A DNA stretch of 64,000 nt, taken from the sequence record PQ758395. The stretch is one strand, 5' to 3'. Positions 38,602 through 48,642 of this stretch are shown here, piece after piece. A program made the position numbers and the translations under genes. Under the pieces are notes generated by a model that saw only the letters and a list, made by a program, of their open reading frames with translations, made no database searches and had not been told where the DNA came from. Origin of the DNA: Escherichia phage phita32. Position 1 is the first letter of the stretch. Every line of letters starts with the position of its first letter.

Positions 38602-41031
38602 ATGAGTATGTGGTCTTTCGATCTGGAGGCCTCCGGGCTTTTGGAAGATCTAGATCTTTATTATCACTGCGGTCTGTTTAAAGAGCTGAATAAGAACCGT
38701 TTTATGCTGTTCCTTCCTCTAAATGACCGCACACACTACTCCAAGGAGGATATAGAGAAGGCCAAGAACTTTATTCTGGCAAAGAAAACTCTTTATAAAG
38801 ATTTTGAAGTCCGCATAGCAGATTTTTCGGAGTTGGAAGGTTGGCTTACAGGCAATTCCGACTGGTCACCAACAGCTTTGAACTGCCATAACTGCTACAG
38901 TTATGACTTTATGCTGATGGAGAGATTATCCGGTATTCATTTTGATATGTTCCGTGATCCTAAATGCATGGGGACTATCAACGACCACCAGGTTAATCTG
39001 TTTGATACGTTGGCGATGAGCCGAATCTTGTGGCCTGATCGCCCTTTACCAAAAGGTTGTCCGGACTCTGTATTCAACCCGGTTACTAAGAAAATGCAGC
39101 CTGTTGGTCCTCACGGCCTTATGGCATGGGGCTACGCCCTTGGTAACCAGAAAGTTCAAATTGATGACTGGCGCGATCTTCCGTTGTGGAAGTATGTGGA
39201 TCGTGTATTCGAGGACGTTATCATCCAGGAGCTGCTCTGGAAAGAGCTGGTAGCGGAATCAAAAGGTGTATTCTACGGCAAATCTGACATGCAGAACTTT
39301 ATGTATGATCCTGCCAAAGAGAAGCCGAAAGGGTTCAAGAAGATCACCTGGAAGAACGCATTACGTCGAGGCATGCTGCAGCACTTCCTGATGGAGCTGC
39401 AGGCCCGTCAGGGTGTATACTTCGACATAGATGGAGCTATTGCTTTACGTGACCGTTGCGATGCGTGGATGAAAGAAATCGCTGATCGTGTTGAACCACA
39501 ACTACCTTTAAAAGAGCTGTCAATGTCTCAGCGGCCCAAGTTCCCTGAAAAGCCGTTTAACCAAGACGGGACAATCTCTAATAATGGTTGGAAATGGTTA
39601 AAAGATAAGCTTGGCTATCCTGTAGACATGAGCGCTTTAGAGTTCAAAGCCCCGCCTAAGCGAGCATTTACCTCTACAGGGGATGTCAGCAAGATGGGGA
39701 TAAAATGGTGTGAAGAGATGGGCTGCAAAGACCCCGATAAGATGGCTGATTTCTTGAGAGGCTATATTAAGGGTACCTCCACACCACAACCTTTACCTAA
39801 AGAGCTAATGGATCAGGCAATAAGTGATCTGCAGCAGAAGCGAATGCCTGACTGCAAGATACCTATGAAAATCGGCAATCAGGACGACATCAAGCGATAC
39901 CTAATCAGTGCTGGTTGGCTCCCAACAATGTGGAGAACTAAAGATGTAACTAAAGACAGCAAGAAGAAAGCTTTACCTGATGCAGATGTTGATGCACGAG
40001 TATATGCATACATGGACGAGCTTTTAGAGTCAGAGTATTGTGACCTGATTATCAACTTCTGGAACAAAACTGATGCTAAGTTTCAGACAACCGTGCACAA
40101 GTTCCGAAGCTTTCCTAACTCCGAAAGGATTAAAAAGGAAGTGTTCGGGAAAATACGTAGAAAAGCCAGGGCACTTATTACTTCTCCGCAACTGAAAGAT
40201 ACGTTTGGACACCTATGCCCAAATCTTGAAAAATTGAACGGAGAGATGGCTAAAGATATCGTCTTGTGGTTATCATTGCGAAACCGCAGATCGGTCCTTG
40301 ATCCAATCAAGGAGGATAAGGTTGATACTGGTCTTCTTAATCACCCACGTTTGAAGATTGACCATAAGCTTCCTGCTAAAAGCTCTGGATTAACAAACAC
40401 TTCCAGACAGAAACACAGTATTTGTGCAAACATGCCTAAACCATCTCCTAAAGTGGTTATGGGTAAAGAGATGCGTAGTCTGTGGGGTGTTCCTCCAGGA
40501 TACTTTGAGATCGGTATTGACGGGTCCAACTTAGAGCAGCTTATCGGGGCTTGGGGTGCCTTTGAGTTCGACAACGGCTTGTATTATGATGTTGTAAGTA
40601 ACGGAGACGCACACCAAAACAATGCTGAGGCATATACAAAAGTAGCAGGCAGAGAGGTGTCCCGTAACGACGGTAAACCTATCACGTATGGGGTTATGTA
40701 CGGGGCACAAAAAGATAAAGTTGCAGATATGCTGGACATCTCTCCAGAGTTGGGACAAAGGGTAATCGATGCACTCTGGGATGCCAACCCAGGTCTTAAG
40801 GGGCGCAAAGAGGATCTGGAGAAATTCTGGGAAGCAACAGGTAAGAAGTTTATCTACTCTTTTGATGGTCATGCTATCTGGACCAGATCTAAACACTCTT
40901 TACTTAATGCATACCAACAAAATGGCGGTGCATCGTTGTGTGACTTAGTTGGAATACTCATGCACCACCAGATGGTGAAGCGTGGGTGGTACGATGAAGG
41001 TGTTCGTCGTATTATTTATTACCATAAATAA
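38602..41031 (+). CDS. DNA polymerase, family A (with 3'-5' exonuclease domain)
   Basis: N-terminal FDLEASGL (exo motif I); polymerase motif A region IGIDGSNLEQL; motif B region KPITYGVMYGAQ; AAGGAGA RBS. Confidence 0.65.
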   Translation: MSMWSFDLEASGLLEDLDLYYHCGLFKELNKNRFMLFLPLNDRTHYSKEDIEKAKNFILAKKTLYKDFEVRIADFSELEGWLTGNSDWSPTALNCHNCYSYDFMLMERLSGIHFDMFRDPKCMGTINDHQVNLFDTLAMSRILWPDRPLPKGCPDSVFNPVTKKMQPVGPHGLMAWGYALGNQKVQIDDWRDLPLWKYVDRVFEDVIIQELLWKELVAESKGVFYGKSDMQNFMYDPAKEKPKGFKKITWKNALRRGMLQHFLMELQARQGVYFDIDGAIALRDRCDAWMKEIADRVEPQLPLKELSMSQRPKFPEKPFNQDGTISNNGWKWLKDKLGYPVDMSALEFKAPPKRAFTSTGDVSKMGIKWCEEMGCKDPDKMADFLRGYIKGTSTPQPLPKELMDQAISDLQQKRMPDCKIPMKIGNQDDIKRYLISAGWLPTMWRTKDVTKDSKKKALPDADVDARVYAYMDELLESEYCDLIINFWNKTDAKFQTTVHKFRSFPNSERIKKEVFGKIRRKARALITSPQLKDTFGHLCPNLEKLNGEMAKDIVLWLSLRNRRSVLDPIKEDKVDTGLLNHPRLKIDHKLPAKSSGLTNTSRQKHSICANMPKPSPKVVMGKEMRSLWGVPPGYFEIGIDGSNLEQLIGAWGAFEFDNGLYYDVVSNGDAHQNNAEAYTKVAGREVSRNDGKPITYGVMYGAQKDKVADMLDISPELGQRVIDALWDANPGLKGRKEDLEKFWEATGKKFIYSFDGHAIWTRSKHSLLNAYQQNGGASLCDLVGILMHHQMVKRGWYDEGVRRIIYYHK

Positions 41032-41298
41032 CATTGTGGCTTCATAGAGTAATCTATGTCGAATAACCTCTTTAACTGCGGGAAGCCTAAACCTTATGGC
41101 AAGGTAATCCGCAACGAAGCGCTCAAAAGAGCGAACGCTCAGAGGCCATTCCGAAAGGAAGTAGACCAGCAAGTGCGGTCGAAATGGGAGGATTCCTGTG
41201 GTTGCTTATTATAGGAATATGAGATGGTCCGATCCTACGTGAAAACGTATGGCTATGCACGTAATGGTGCGGGGTAGCTTAACGACCTACCTGAACTA

Positions 41299-41655
41299 TT
41301 GGATGAGTACCAACTTCAAGTGCCTGACACACCGAAGTATAAGACTGTGTACACCTTCGACACAATTGAAGAACTGGAAGCATTTAAGGCAGAGCAGGAA
41401 GCCAAACTTCATGTGTTCGACGGTCATAAGTACAAAAAGGCACGCAAGGATGAGGACGGAAACGAAGTGGTTGACAGAGACGGAAACACGGTGTACGATC
41501 CTATCCTGAACGATGACGGAAAGCTTGAACTTATCTGGAGCCCTGTGGGTGAAATGGTGGTGCATTGCTTCTGGCAAGCTTCTAAAATGATGGGAGTCCC
41601 GTTCCAGATCACAGGTGAATACTTGTGTGGGGCTAATTGGGGTAGTTGCCATTGA
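41299..41655 (+). CDS. Hypothetical protein (118 aa)
   Basis: ORF (TTG start in track, no clear RBS); overlapped by alternative ORFs on both strands. Confidence 0.3.
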   Translation: MDEYQLQVPDTPKYKTVYTFDTIEELEAFKAEQEAKLHVFDGHKYKKARKDEDGNEVVDRDGNTVYDPILNDDGKLELIWSPVGEMVVHCFWQASKMMGVPFQITGEYLCGANWGSCH

Positions 41656-41666
41656 TCTGATAAGAG

Positions 41667-42323
41667 ATGTTTGCTATGGAAGAATGGAGAAAACTGGTTG
41701 GCAAGGAGGCCAACTATGAAGTTAGCAGCAAAGGAAGGATTAAAAGGCTGTCTTACCTGAGGAAGTACAGTAACCAAACAGGTAAAGTTACTTTCAAAGC
41801 TGTCCCTGACAGGATTTTAAAAGGTAGCGTAGACAGTAGCGGTTACATTCAAGTAAATGTGGATGGAAGATCGGAATTGCTTCACAGGTTAATTGCCGAG
41901 ACCTTTCTAGAGCCTCCTTCAAAAGAGCTTGTAGAGGAATGTAAGGCAGCAGGGCTGGACTATGTACCGATTAATCATAAAGACCATAACCGCCTAAACA
42001 ATGCTGCTGACAACCTTGAATGGGCCTCGCCTTCAAAAAATGCACAAGATGTGGACTACGATTACTGTAAAACAAGAGGTGAAAATTCATACTGTGCAAA
42101 ACTTAAAGAGCGAGATGTTGACGAAATATTAAAGCTTTCCAAAACAGGTATGTCGCAGCAAGCTATAGCAGATCTTTTCGGTGTTAATCAGATAACCATT
42201 TCCAATATCTTGACAGGAAGGAGTTGGGCATGGTACACTGGGATACCTAAAACCGCAAGGTGTAAAAACAAAAGGAAGAGATCCCCAAAAAGCATGTCCG
42301 AGCAAAATTTCTCGGTAAGCTGA
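41667..42323 (+). CDS. HNH homing endonuclease (NUMOD4 + HNH_3 + C-terminal HTH)
   Basis: EEWRKLVGKEANYEVSSKGRIKR (NUMOD4-like); INHKDHNRLNNAADNLEWASPSKN (HNH); C-terminal MSQQAIADLFGVNQITISNIL (HTH). Confidence 0.65.
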   Translation: MFAMEEWRKLVGKEANYEVSSKGRIKRLSYLRKYSNQTGKVTFKAVPDRILKGSVDSSGYIQVNVDGRSELLHRLIAETFLEPPSKELVEECKAAGLDYVPINHKDHNRLNNAADNLEWASPSKNAQDVDYDYCKTRGENSYCAKLKERDVDEILKLSKTGMSQQAIADLFGVNQITISNILTGRSWAWYTGIPKTARCKNKRKRSPKSMSEQNFSVS

Positions 42324-42349
42324 TTGTCACTAATGTAAACTATCAACAC

Positions 42350-42667
42350 ATGGAAGTGTTGTTGAGCAAAGAGGAGACTTTTATGGTAGTAGAACCAACA
42401 AAAACATTTACATCTATGACTATCCCTGTTATTATGCAGGTGGAGTGTGTTCAGGTATCTCAAGTGTGGCCTGGCACCAAAATCCCAACAGGGCCTGATT
42501 TCTTTCAGGTTGGGAAAGTGTACAATGTCTGGAAGGCACCAGATTGTTACCCTTTCATTAAAGATGACCGTGGAATGTTGTGGTATCTTGGAAATGATTT
42601 GACACTGCACCTTGGGAATGCTATTATTGCAGTATTCAGACTTAACAAGAAGGAGACCGATCAATGA
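42350..42667 (+). CDS. Hypothetical protein (105 aa), small paralog family B
   Basis: Shares G(K)xY.V.....IKDDxGxxWYL-type segment with the next two ORFs. Confidence 0.35.
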   Translation: MEVLLSKEETFMVVEPTKTFTSMTIPVIMQVECVQVSQVWPGTKIPTGPDFFQVGKVYNVWKAPDCYPFIKDDRGMLWYLGNDLTLHLGNAIIAVFRLNKKETDQ

Positions 42668-42891
42668 CAACTTTGGTTAAAGCTACTTTTGTAGAAGAAA
42701 AGATGACAGACCTGTCCTTCTTTAAAGAAGGAAAGACCTACGAGGTTTATTACGATAAAAATCGTGCAAACAAGATGATTAAAGACGAGGAAGGGATTGC
42801 CTGGTTTATCTCCCATCTGGCAAACGGTGAGTATCATATCTACGGAACCACCCTGCTTGCCAAGTTCGTAGCTGTTGAAGAGGACCTATGA
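42664..42891 (+). CDS. Hypothetical protein (75 aa), paralog family B
   Basis: KEGKTYEVYYDKNRANKMIKDEEGIAWFISHLANGEYHIYG; 4-nt overlaps with neighbours. Confidence 0.35.
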   Translation: MTTLVKATFVEEKMTDLSFFKEGKTYEVYYDKNRANKMIKDEEGIAWFISHLANGEYHIYGTTLLAKFVAVEEDL

Positions 42892-43082
42892 AAGTAAAGT
42901 ATCTGGCTGAGGGTATGAGTAGGTATTTCACCCTTGGTGAAGAATATTGGCCCTTTACAAGCAACGGCGATGTATACGTGAAAGATAATTTCGGCACGCC
43001 GTGGTTTCTGCACTCTAATGGGCTGGGATACTCCATTTACTGTGGTGCAGTGAACAACACAACCCTTGCAGAGTTCGTTTAA
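42888..43082 (+). CDS. Hypothetical protein (64 aa), paralog family B
   Basis: LGEEYWPFTSNGDVYVKDNFGTPWFLHSNGLGYSIY. Confidence 0.35.
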   Translation: MKVKYLAEGMSRYFTLGEEYWPFTSNGDVYVKDNFGTPWFLHSNGLGYSIYCGAVNNTTLAEFV

Positions 43083-43092
43083 AGGAGGTAGG

Positions 43093-43464
43093 ATGTTAGT
43101 AAAAGGTACCCACACAGTCAAACAACGTATTGAAGTTGAGATTGATGATTGTGAGCTGAAGCATATTTTACGGTCATGCTCCAACGTTTTGCTCCTTAGC
43201 ATTCTTCAGGAGCGGGCAGAGAACGAGTTCTTAAATGCACTGGCAGGCCGTCCTGGTGACTTCTGTGTGCGTAAGCGTGGTGACAACAAGTCATGGTTGT
43301 GGGAAATCGATGCCGACTGGGATTACCACAAAAATGAGGGTATAGATGAGCCTATTCGTGAATTGACAGACAAAGAGATTCAGATGTACAATGAAGTTTG
43401 TCATTGGGCAACACGCCAACAAATTTACCTCGACCCTGTGTGGCTGATTGAAAATAGCCATTGA
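43093..43464 (+). CDS. Hypothetical protein (about 123 aa)
   Basis: ATG after AAAGGAGG RBS (the track TTG at 43066 overlaps the upstream gene). Confidence 0.35.
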   Translation: MLVKGTHTVKQRIEVEIDDCELKHILRSCSNVLLLSILQERAENEFLNALAGRPGDFCVRKRGDNKSWLWEIDADWDYHKNEGIDEPIRELTDKEIQMYNEVCHWATRQQIYLDPVWLIENSH

Positions 43465-43540
43465 CAAGAAGTAAGATTAGATATAAGATGCTTCACACAA
43501 ACAGAGCGTTGATTTTTAAATAACTAAGGAGACTGCCAAG

Positions 43541-43792
43541 ATGAAAATTACTTTGAAGCCAGAATGCGTTGCAAATGACCGAGCTTTTAAAGATTGCACA
43601 GTCGGTGCAATTTATGAAGCAGAGTTTTGTGAGAGCCCTCTGGTAAAAGCCCTTCTGGAAGAAGGCTCTTTATCACAAGAAGAGATCGATGAGCTGGAAA
43701 ACTCAGCACAGTGCCTTACCTTTAAAGATGATGAAGGAGACTCTGTCTGGTGCACTGTTAACGAAGTCGTTTTTGTAAAACCTGAACATTAA
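43541..43792 (+). CDS. Hypothetical protein (83 aa), paralog family C
   Basis: KPExxANDRAFKDCTVG...GDSVWCTVNEV; paralogous to 43796..44116. Confidence 0.4.
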   Translation: MKITLKPECVANDRAFKDCTVGAIYEAEFCESPLVKALLEEGSLSQEEIDELENSAQCLTFKDDEGDSVWCTVNEVVFVKPEH

Positions 43793-43795
43793 TAC

Positions 43796-44116
43796 TTGAC
43801 AACAGTGATGGGGCCTAATATAATGGCCCTATCAAAACGAAAGGGGACCACAGCAATGACCAAACAATATCAACGAATTAAAGCCAAGGTTAAGCCAGAC
43901 TATCTGGAGAAAGACTCTGCTTTTCGGGACTGCACAGCCGACAAAGTTTACACAGGGGCTGTCCTATTGAACGATAAACTTGAAGTAGATGTGCTGGGTA
44001 AAGAGGCCGTTATCGAGGATGACAACGGTGACTGTGTTTTCTGCACCACACGGGAGCTAGAAGTCTTAGAATACTTCGGTGAAATCTTCAACTCCTTAGA
44101 CGACGAGGAAGCGTGA
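43796..44116 (+). CDS. Hypothetical protein (106 aa), paralog family C
   Basis: KPDYLEKDSAFRDCTADK...GDCVFCTTREL. Confidence 0.4.
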   Translation: MTTVMGPNIMALSKRKGTTAMTKQYQRIKAKVKPDYLEKDSAFRDCTADKVYTGAVLLNDKLEVDVLGKEAVIEDDNGDCVFCTTRELEVLEYFGEIFNSLDDEEA

Positions 44117-44505
44117 TGAAAAATATTTGGGATATTGATATCTTTGAAGCCTCTAAGCTTGACGGTGCTGATGGAGTGATTATGGTGTCTGATGGCAAGG
44201 CAACACTAACTTCCGGAGATATCATCTATGCCTTGGACGAGCTGGCGCTTCTGAAATCTATCGGTAACACTTTGGAGGAGCGTCTTCAAGGCTTCGCTTT
44301 CAAAGAAGGTACAAATACCGCCATGATGTGCACCACACGGACAGTCCAGGTAGGTAACGGTGTCTATATGATCATTGCTGTGTGTCCTAAATTCAGCAAC
44401 GTCAACAAAGATGATACTGACGCTGTCAACGATGTGGTTGTTCTCTTCGTGGGTGACGCTATGGCAGATCTGATGAATGCAGGAGAAGCAGCAAATGAAG
44501 ACTGA
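44113..44505 (+). CDS. Hypothetical protein (130 aa)
   Basis: ORF, 4-nt overlap with the upstream gene. Confidence 0.35.
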   Translation: MMKNIWDIDIFEASKLDGADGVIMVSDGKATLTSGDIIYALDELALLKSIGNTLEERLQGFAFKEGTNTAMMCTTRTVQVGNGVYMIIAVCPKFSNVNKDDTDAVNDVVVLFVGDAMADLMNAGEAANED

Positions 44506-44797
44506 AAACATCACCCCCGCAAGGTTCTTAAAAGTATACCGTGAACTGCTATATACTACAGAGGACAGTGTTCTAGAGTATCCAGAATATCTTTTGCTGT
44601 ATAAGTATCTGCAGGAGGCTGGTGAAAATCTGCCAGTTAGTGCAGAAGGTGGTCCGAACTGGATATACAGCGCATGGAGAAAGGTTGACATTCTCCCCGA
44701 CCCAGGTAAAGATATGGTAGTTTGGCAGCTTATCAACAACATCGGGATTCCAATCTTTGATGAAGCTGTTAAAATCTATTTTGAACTTGACGATTAA
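44495..44797 (+). CDS. Hypothetical protein (about 100 aa)
   Basis: ATG at 44495 preceded by AGGAGAAG RBS. Confidence 0.35.
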   Translation: MKTENITPARFLKVYRELLYTTEDSVLEYPEYLLLYKYLQEAGENLPVSAEGGPNWIYSAWRKVDILPDPGKDMVVWQLINNIGIPIFDEAVKIYFELDD

Positions 44798-44814
44798 TAT
44801 CAGGAGACCTTAAG

Positions 44815-45060
44815 ATGACTGAAGTAGTTGCTCGCGCAGGACAGAAAGTACGTTGTGTTGAAGTAGGTTTTGGTGGCAAAGGGTGTCAAAACTTGACTCA
44901 AGGTAAGGAATACGCTGTTATTTCTGGTGGTGGCGACGAAAGTATTGTGTTCGAGGGCCACATCCTGGATGCTGAAAACTTTGAAATCTTTGACGACGAT
45001 GGGGATCCGATCACCTGCCTGCTGGACGGGAATTGGGGAACTTTTGAAGTGATTGGCTAA
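44815..45060 (+). CDS. Hypothetical protein (81 aa)
   Basis: AGGAGA RBS. Confidence 0.4.
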   Translation: MTEVVARAGQKVRCVEVGFGGKGCQNLTQGKEYAVISGGGDESIVFEGHILDAENFEIFDDDGDPITCLLDGNWGTFEVIG

Positions 45061-45143
45061 CAAATATCTATTGTAATTTGCAGAAGGGGATGCTAAAATA
45101 GTGTCTCCTTCTATGTTGTTCAAATAAAATCGGAGATTCCATA

Positions 45144-45509
45144 ATGGAACAAATGAACGATCAAGCGTCGGTTGCGATGAACGAGCAAGAACAACCTCAA
45201 GAATTTTTCTTAGGGTTAAGTAAAGATCAAGTGTCTCTTTTGCTAGTGCTTTCTTCTTTCATGGGAAGACTTCAAGAGCTCACACAACAACCGGAGGCTG
45301 AACAATTATTTCAGGCTCTGCGTGAAGAAGAAAAATATCGTCGTTTGGACTATGCCTTAGGTTGGGTAGCTCAACAACGGGATATGCTGATGGCCCTCTC
45401 TGGGACCACAAGTTTTGCAATGGGCCTGTTGGCTCAAGTTCAGGACAAATTAATTCAAGCAGGGTTCGCACACACGGCAAGCACTAACGAAGAACAAGGA
45501 GACAAATAA
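45144..45509 (+). CDS. Hypothetical protein (121 aa)
   Basis: GGAG RBS; ATAATG stop-start overlap with the next gene. Confidence 0.4.
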   Translation: MEQMNDQASVAMNEQEQPQEFFLGLSKDQVSLLLVLSSFMGRLQELTQQPEAEQLFQALREEEKYRRLDYALGWVAQQRDMLMALSGTTSFAMGLLAQVQDKLIQAGFAHTASTNEEQGDK

Positions 45510-46780
45510 TGAGCGTTATTCAACAATTCGCTAACCCAATGAATCCGCGTGAAACTGTTTTACTGGCTCACGGCATGATTAAACGTGTTAGCATCAAGCC
45601 TATCAAAGGTGCTGATCCTACAACAGGTATTAAAACCACTGTGTGGCAAGGTAAGAAAATTGAATCCAGCCACACCATCTCTTTACTGATTTCTGAACTG
45701 GATTCCTCTGATAACCTGCTTCAAGGTGGTGAAGAAGTCTGGATCAGCATGGGTGATAAGCTGCTTAAACCAGGTCATCAAGACTCTGTCTCTGTTAAGA
45801 TTGATGACAAGTGGGAAACCGTAACGCCAGGATGGATCGTAAATATCCCTTTGAAGGCAAACGAGCATAACGGTAAGACCTATTACAAGGGCTCACTGGC
45901 TAAGATGGTTAAGCTGGGTGCAGGAGAGGCTCCAGCAGCGACTCAGCAGCAAAAACAGCAACAAGGTGCACAATCACAAGGCCAGAAGCAGAAACCTCAG
46001 CAGAATGCCAATCAGGACGTTTTACGCATCTATGGTGATGTGACTCAGATTGTTGGCAACGTGGTTACTGTTAATGACCACAAGATTGGCGAAGGTGCTA
46101 TGGTTGTCACTGATGAGCAGCTTAAAGATCTGGTGGTAGGTGGTCGTGTTGCAGCCATTGTTGACAAAGACACCGGAAACATTATCAGTGGTTTCAAAGC
46201 CTATCCTCCTAAGGCAGAGAACGGCACTCAAGGCTCCGGTGGCAAGCGTAAATCCTCTTACGACCCTATCGGTGTGGAAACGGGGCATAGCATCAATGCG
46301 TTGCAGATCATCCTGGATCGCGGGTTTAAGGTAGACGACCCACTGGGCGTGGCTAAAACACTGCACGTAGTCACCATTGAGCTTAAGAAAGAGTATGCTC
46401 AAGCCACCAACCGAACTGAAGATGAAGTAGGTGCCAGTGTCGGTAATGCGGTGTTGAACGCTTGTCGCCGTATTGACAAGAAAACGAAAGTTGATGATTT
46501 TGCAGCGGCAATTACTGCAGAAGCAAAAGATGTCTTGACTAATCTGGCTGAGCCGTTGTACGATTGGATCAAGAACGGTGCTGGGTCAACTGACCATCAA
46601 GAACCTCAGGCTGCCAAACAGGAAGCAGCTCCACAGCAAAACACTGTAGACGCTCCTCCTGTAAATGATGAGGAAGATGACCCAATGGATCAGAATCCGG
46701 CGCAGTATGACTTCTGTGATGACATACCTTTCGCTCCGGTAGGTTTGCAATATGGCAAAAGTAGAATCCACGCATTGTAA
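45509..46780 (+). CDS. Putative single-stranded DNA-binding protein (423 aa)
   Basis: AAGGAGA RBS; Gln-rich low-complexity linker ([20 protein letters not shown]); acidic C-terminal region ending ...YDFCDDIPF followed by a further 15 aa. Inference, not verified. Confidence 0.35.
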   Translation: MSVIQQFANPMNPRETVLLAHGMIKRVSIKPIKGADPTTGIKTTVWQGKKIESSHTISLLISELDSSDNLLQGGEEVWISMGDKLLKPGHQDSVSVKIDDKWETVTPGWIVNIPLKANEHNGKTYYKGSLAKMVKLGAGEAPAATQQQKQQQGAQSQGQKQKPQQNANQDVLRIYGDVTQIVGNVVTVNDHKIGEGAMVVTDEQLKDLVVGGRVAAIVDKDTGNIISGFKAYPPKAENGTQGSGGKRKSSYDPIGVETGHSINALQIILDRGFKVDDPLGVAKTLHVVTIELKKEYAQATNRTEDEVGASVGNAVLNACRRIDKKTKVDDFAAAITAEAKDVLTNLAEPLYDWIKNGAGSTDHQEPQAAKQEAAPQQNTVDAPPVNDEEDDPMDQNPAQYDFCDDIPFAPVGLQYGKSRIHAL

Positions 46781-47375
46781 GAGGTGCATCAAGTGCGGGG
46801 AGGTGAAAGACCTCTCCGAGTTCTACAAACACCAAAAGATGTCTGACGGTCATCTTAATAAGTGCAAAGAGTGTTGCAAGAAGGCCAGTAGGGAGGCTGA
46901 CCAATTTTCCTACGACTCTTCAGAAAAAGGTGTAATACGCGTGCTGTACAAGGCTCAAAAGTGCAACAGCAAGCAAAGAGGTCACCCGCCTCCGACTTAC
47001 ACCAAAAAAGAGTTTAAGGAGTGGCTATACCTAAACGGTTACAAAGAGTTGTATGATCAATGGGTAGCCAGCGGATACGACAAAAGGAAAAAGCCTTCTT
47101 GTGACAGGATAGATGATTTCAAAGGGTACTCTTTTGATAATATCCGTTTAACGACTTGGGGAGAAAATAAAGACAAGCAGACAGAGGATATTCTGTTGCA
47201 TAGAAGCACCAGCGGTAGACGGTGTAAAAATGTAAGGAGGCTGGACATGAATGGCAACGTTCTTAAAGAATGGGTATCCCACAATTCTTGTAGAAGAGAA
47301 ACCGGAATATGTGTTGATTACTACATTCATGAAAAAATTCCAGCCCCGGATGGATACCTCTATGAATACTTTTAG
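46752..47375 (+). CDS. Zinc-finger His-Me/HNH-type endonuclease-like protein
   Basis: N-terminal C-x2-C...C-x2-CC cluster ([17 protein letters not shown]); overlaps the 3' end of the upstream gene by 29 nt. Confidence 0.4.
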   Translation: MAKVESTHCKRCIKCGEVKDLSEFYKHQKMSDGHLNKCKECCKKASREADQFSYDSSEKGVIRVLYKAQKCNSKQRGHPPPTYTKKEFKEWLYLNGYKELYDQWVASGYDKRKKPSCDRIDDFKGYSFDNIRLTTWGENKDKQTEDILLHRSTSGRRCKNVRRLDMNGNVLKEWVSHNSCRRETGICVDYYIHEKIPAPDGYLYEYF

Positions 47376-47390
47376 CACCTAACTAACATA

Positions 47391-47420
47391 GCCCTGCCCG
47401 AAAGGGTGGGGCATTTTTGT
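47391..47420 (+). terminator. Intrinsic terminator, identical hairpin to 35666
   Basis: GCCCTGCCC-GAAA-GGGTGGGGC followed by ATTTTTGT. Confidence 0.6.
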
Positions 47421-47437
47421 ATAAGGAGATCTGAAAA

Positions 47438-47653
47438 ATGACATTAGAAGATATCATTGTTAAACCTGAGAACTATGACCAATACAACCTGTCAACTCAA
47501 TCTGTAGGCCTCGGATGCGCCACAGTCAGTGCATGGCTGGTTAACGGAAAAGAGCTTGACGAGTGCCTGGAAGCACACATGTCGGTGAATAAATTTCTTG
47601 ATGAAAATACCCACTGGCTGGAGGGTGCAGGAGTATATGCTTCATGGTTGTAG
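47438..47653 (+). CDS. Hypothetical protein (71 aa)
   Basis: AAGGAGA RBS. Confidence 0.4.
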   Translation: MTLEDIIVKPENYDQYNLSTQSVGLGCATVSAWLVNGKELDECLEAHMSVNKFLDENTHWLEGAGVYASWL

Positions 47654-47656
47654 AGT

Positions 47657-47854
47657 ATGGGATTCGACTACCAATCTGAAGAGGGGTGGTGGAGCTATTT
47701 AGCTATCTGCCCAGAGACGCTGCAATGCTTCATGAAATATTCTGAAGATTTGGAGTACCGGGCGGTGGTTGATAGTGCTATTGCCCGTTATAGCCGTAAA
47801 CCTTTTTCCCACGACATTAAAACTGTGGAAGAGTTTGTTGAAGTTTTCTGTTGA
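47657..47854 (+). CDS. Hypothetical protein (65 aa)
   Basis: ORF, co-oriented. Confidence 0.3.
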   Translation: MGFDYQSEEGWWSYLAICPETLQCFMKYSEDLEYRAVVDSAIARYSRKPFSHDIKTVEEFVEVFC

Positions 47855-47950
47855 CACAGGTTGAAAGGTGTGCAATTATAACTTCATAGAACGGGAGGAC
47901 GTGATGAACGAAGAAAACTGGGATGTATAACTAACAGGAGGCCACTGCCC

Positions 47951-48148
47951 ATGATTTATCGAATCCGTGTAAGAGAAGATGTACCAGGCTGTTACTTTGA
48001 CTGGCGTGGGTGGTGGTTTCTCCACCCGATGGATGGACTCACAGATAGAATGCTGGATGCTGCCCTTTATACAGATACCGACATAGAATATAATCTCTAC
48101 CTGAAGGACGGTATAGATAACGGTCTATTTGAAGCAATTCCTGTGTAA
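47951..48148 (+). CDS. Hypothetical protein (65 aa)
   Basis: AGGAGG RBS. Confidence 0.4.
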   Translation: MIYRIRVREDVPGCYFDWRGWWFLHPMDGLTDRMLDAALYTDTDIEYNLYLKDGIDNGLFEAIPV

Positions 48149-48216
48149 GAGACTGTGATAGCCATGTTTTATGATCTTCCTGTAGCACCACCACCTGTTG
48201 AACCCGGAGAACTAAG

Positions 48217-48642
48217 ATGATCTATGAAATGCCAAAACTGATTCGTGACGATGCCCAAAACGCTCACACCATTATTATGGGCAAACGCATGGATATTATT
48301 TGTCATAAAGATTTCTGGGAAGGAAGTTACTTCACAGAGTATTTTGGTAAACTGGACAATGGTCTGCTGATCCAGTTCTACACCGATGCGGAAAACAATA
48401 TCTGCTGGGAGTTCGAAACTGAAGATATCCATAAACTTTTCACCTTCCTCGGTATTAAGGTTGAGGCCAAGTTTGAAGAAGGTGAGTGCGACGATTGTGG
48501 ATTCTACGAGGTAACAGATTTCTACCTCCCGAGCGGTGAGAACCTTTACTATGAAAGCCACTTCGGTAACTCCAATATGCCACAGTGCTGGACTGAGTTT
48601 TTTGAAATTGCGGAAGAGGAGCTGGCATACCGTGATTATTGA
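48217..48642 (+). CDS. Hypothetical acidic protein (141 aa)
   Basis: ORF with GGAG RBS. Confidence 0.35.
   Translation: MIYEMPKLIRDDAQNAHTIIMGKRMDIICHKDFWEGSYFTEYFGKLDNGLLIQFYTDAENNICWEFETEDIHKLFTFLGIKVEAKFEEGECDDCGFYEVTDFYLPSGENLYYESHFGNSNMPQCWTEFFEIAEEELAYRDY

Noticed and set aside
47851-47950. Promoter-like TTGACA and an 8-codon mini-ORF with GGGAGG RBS upstream of the gene at 47951
   Set aside because: The -10 element is ambiguous and the mini-ORF could be chance; noted as a possible leader-peptide arrangement but not annotated.
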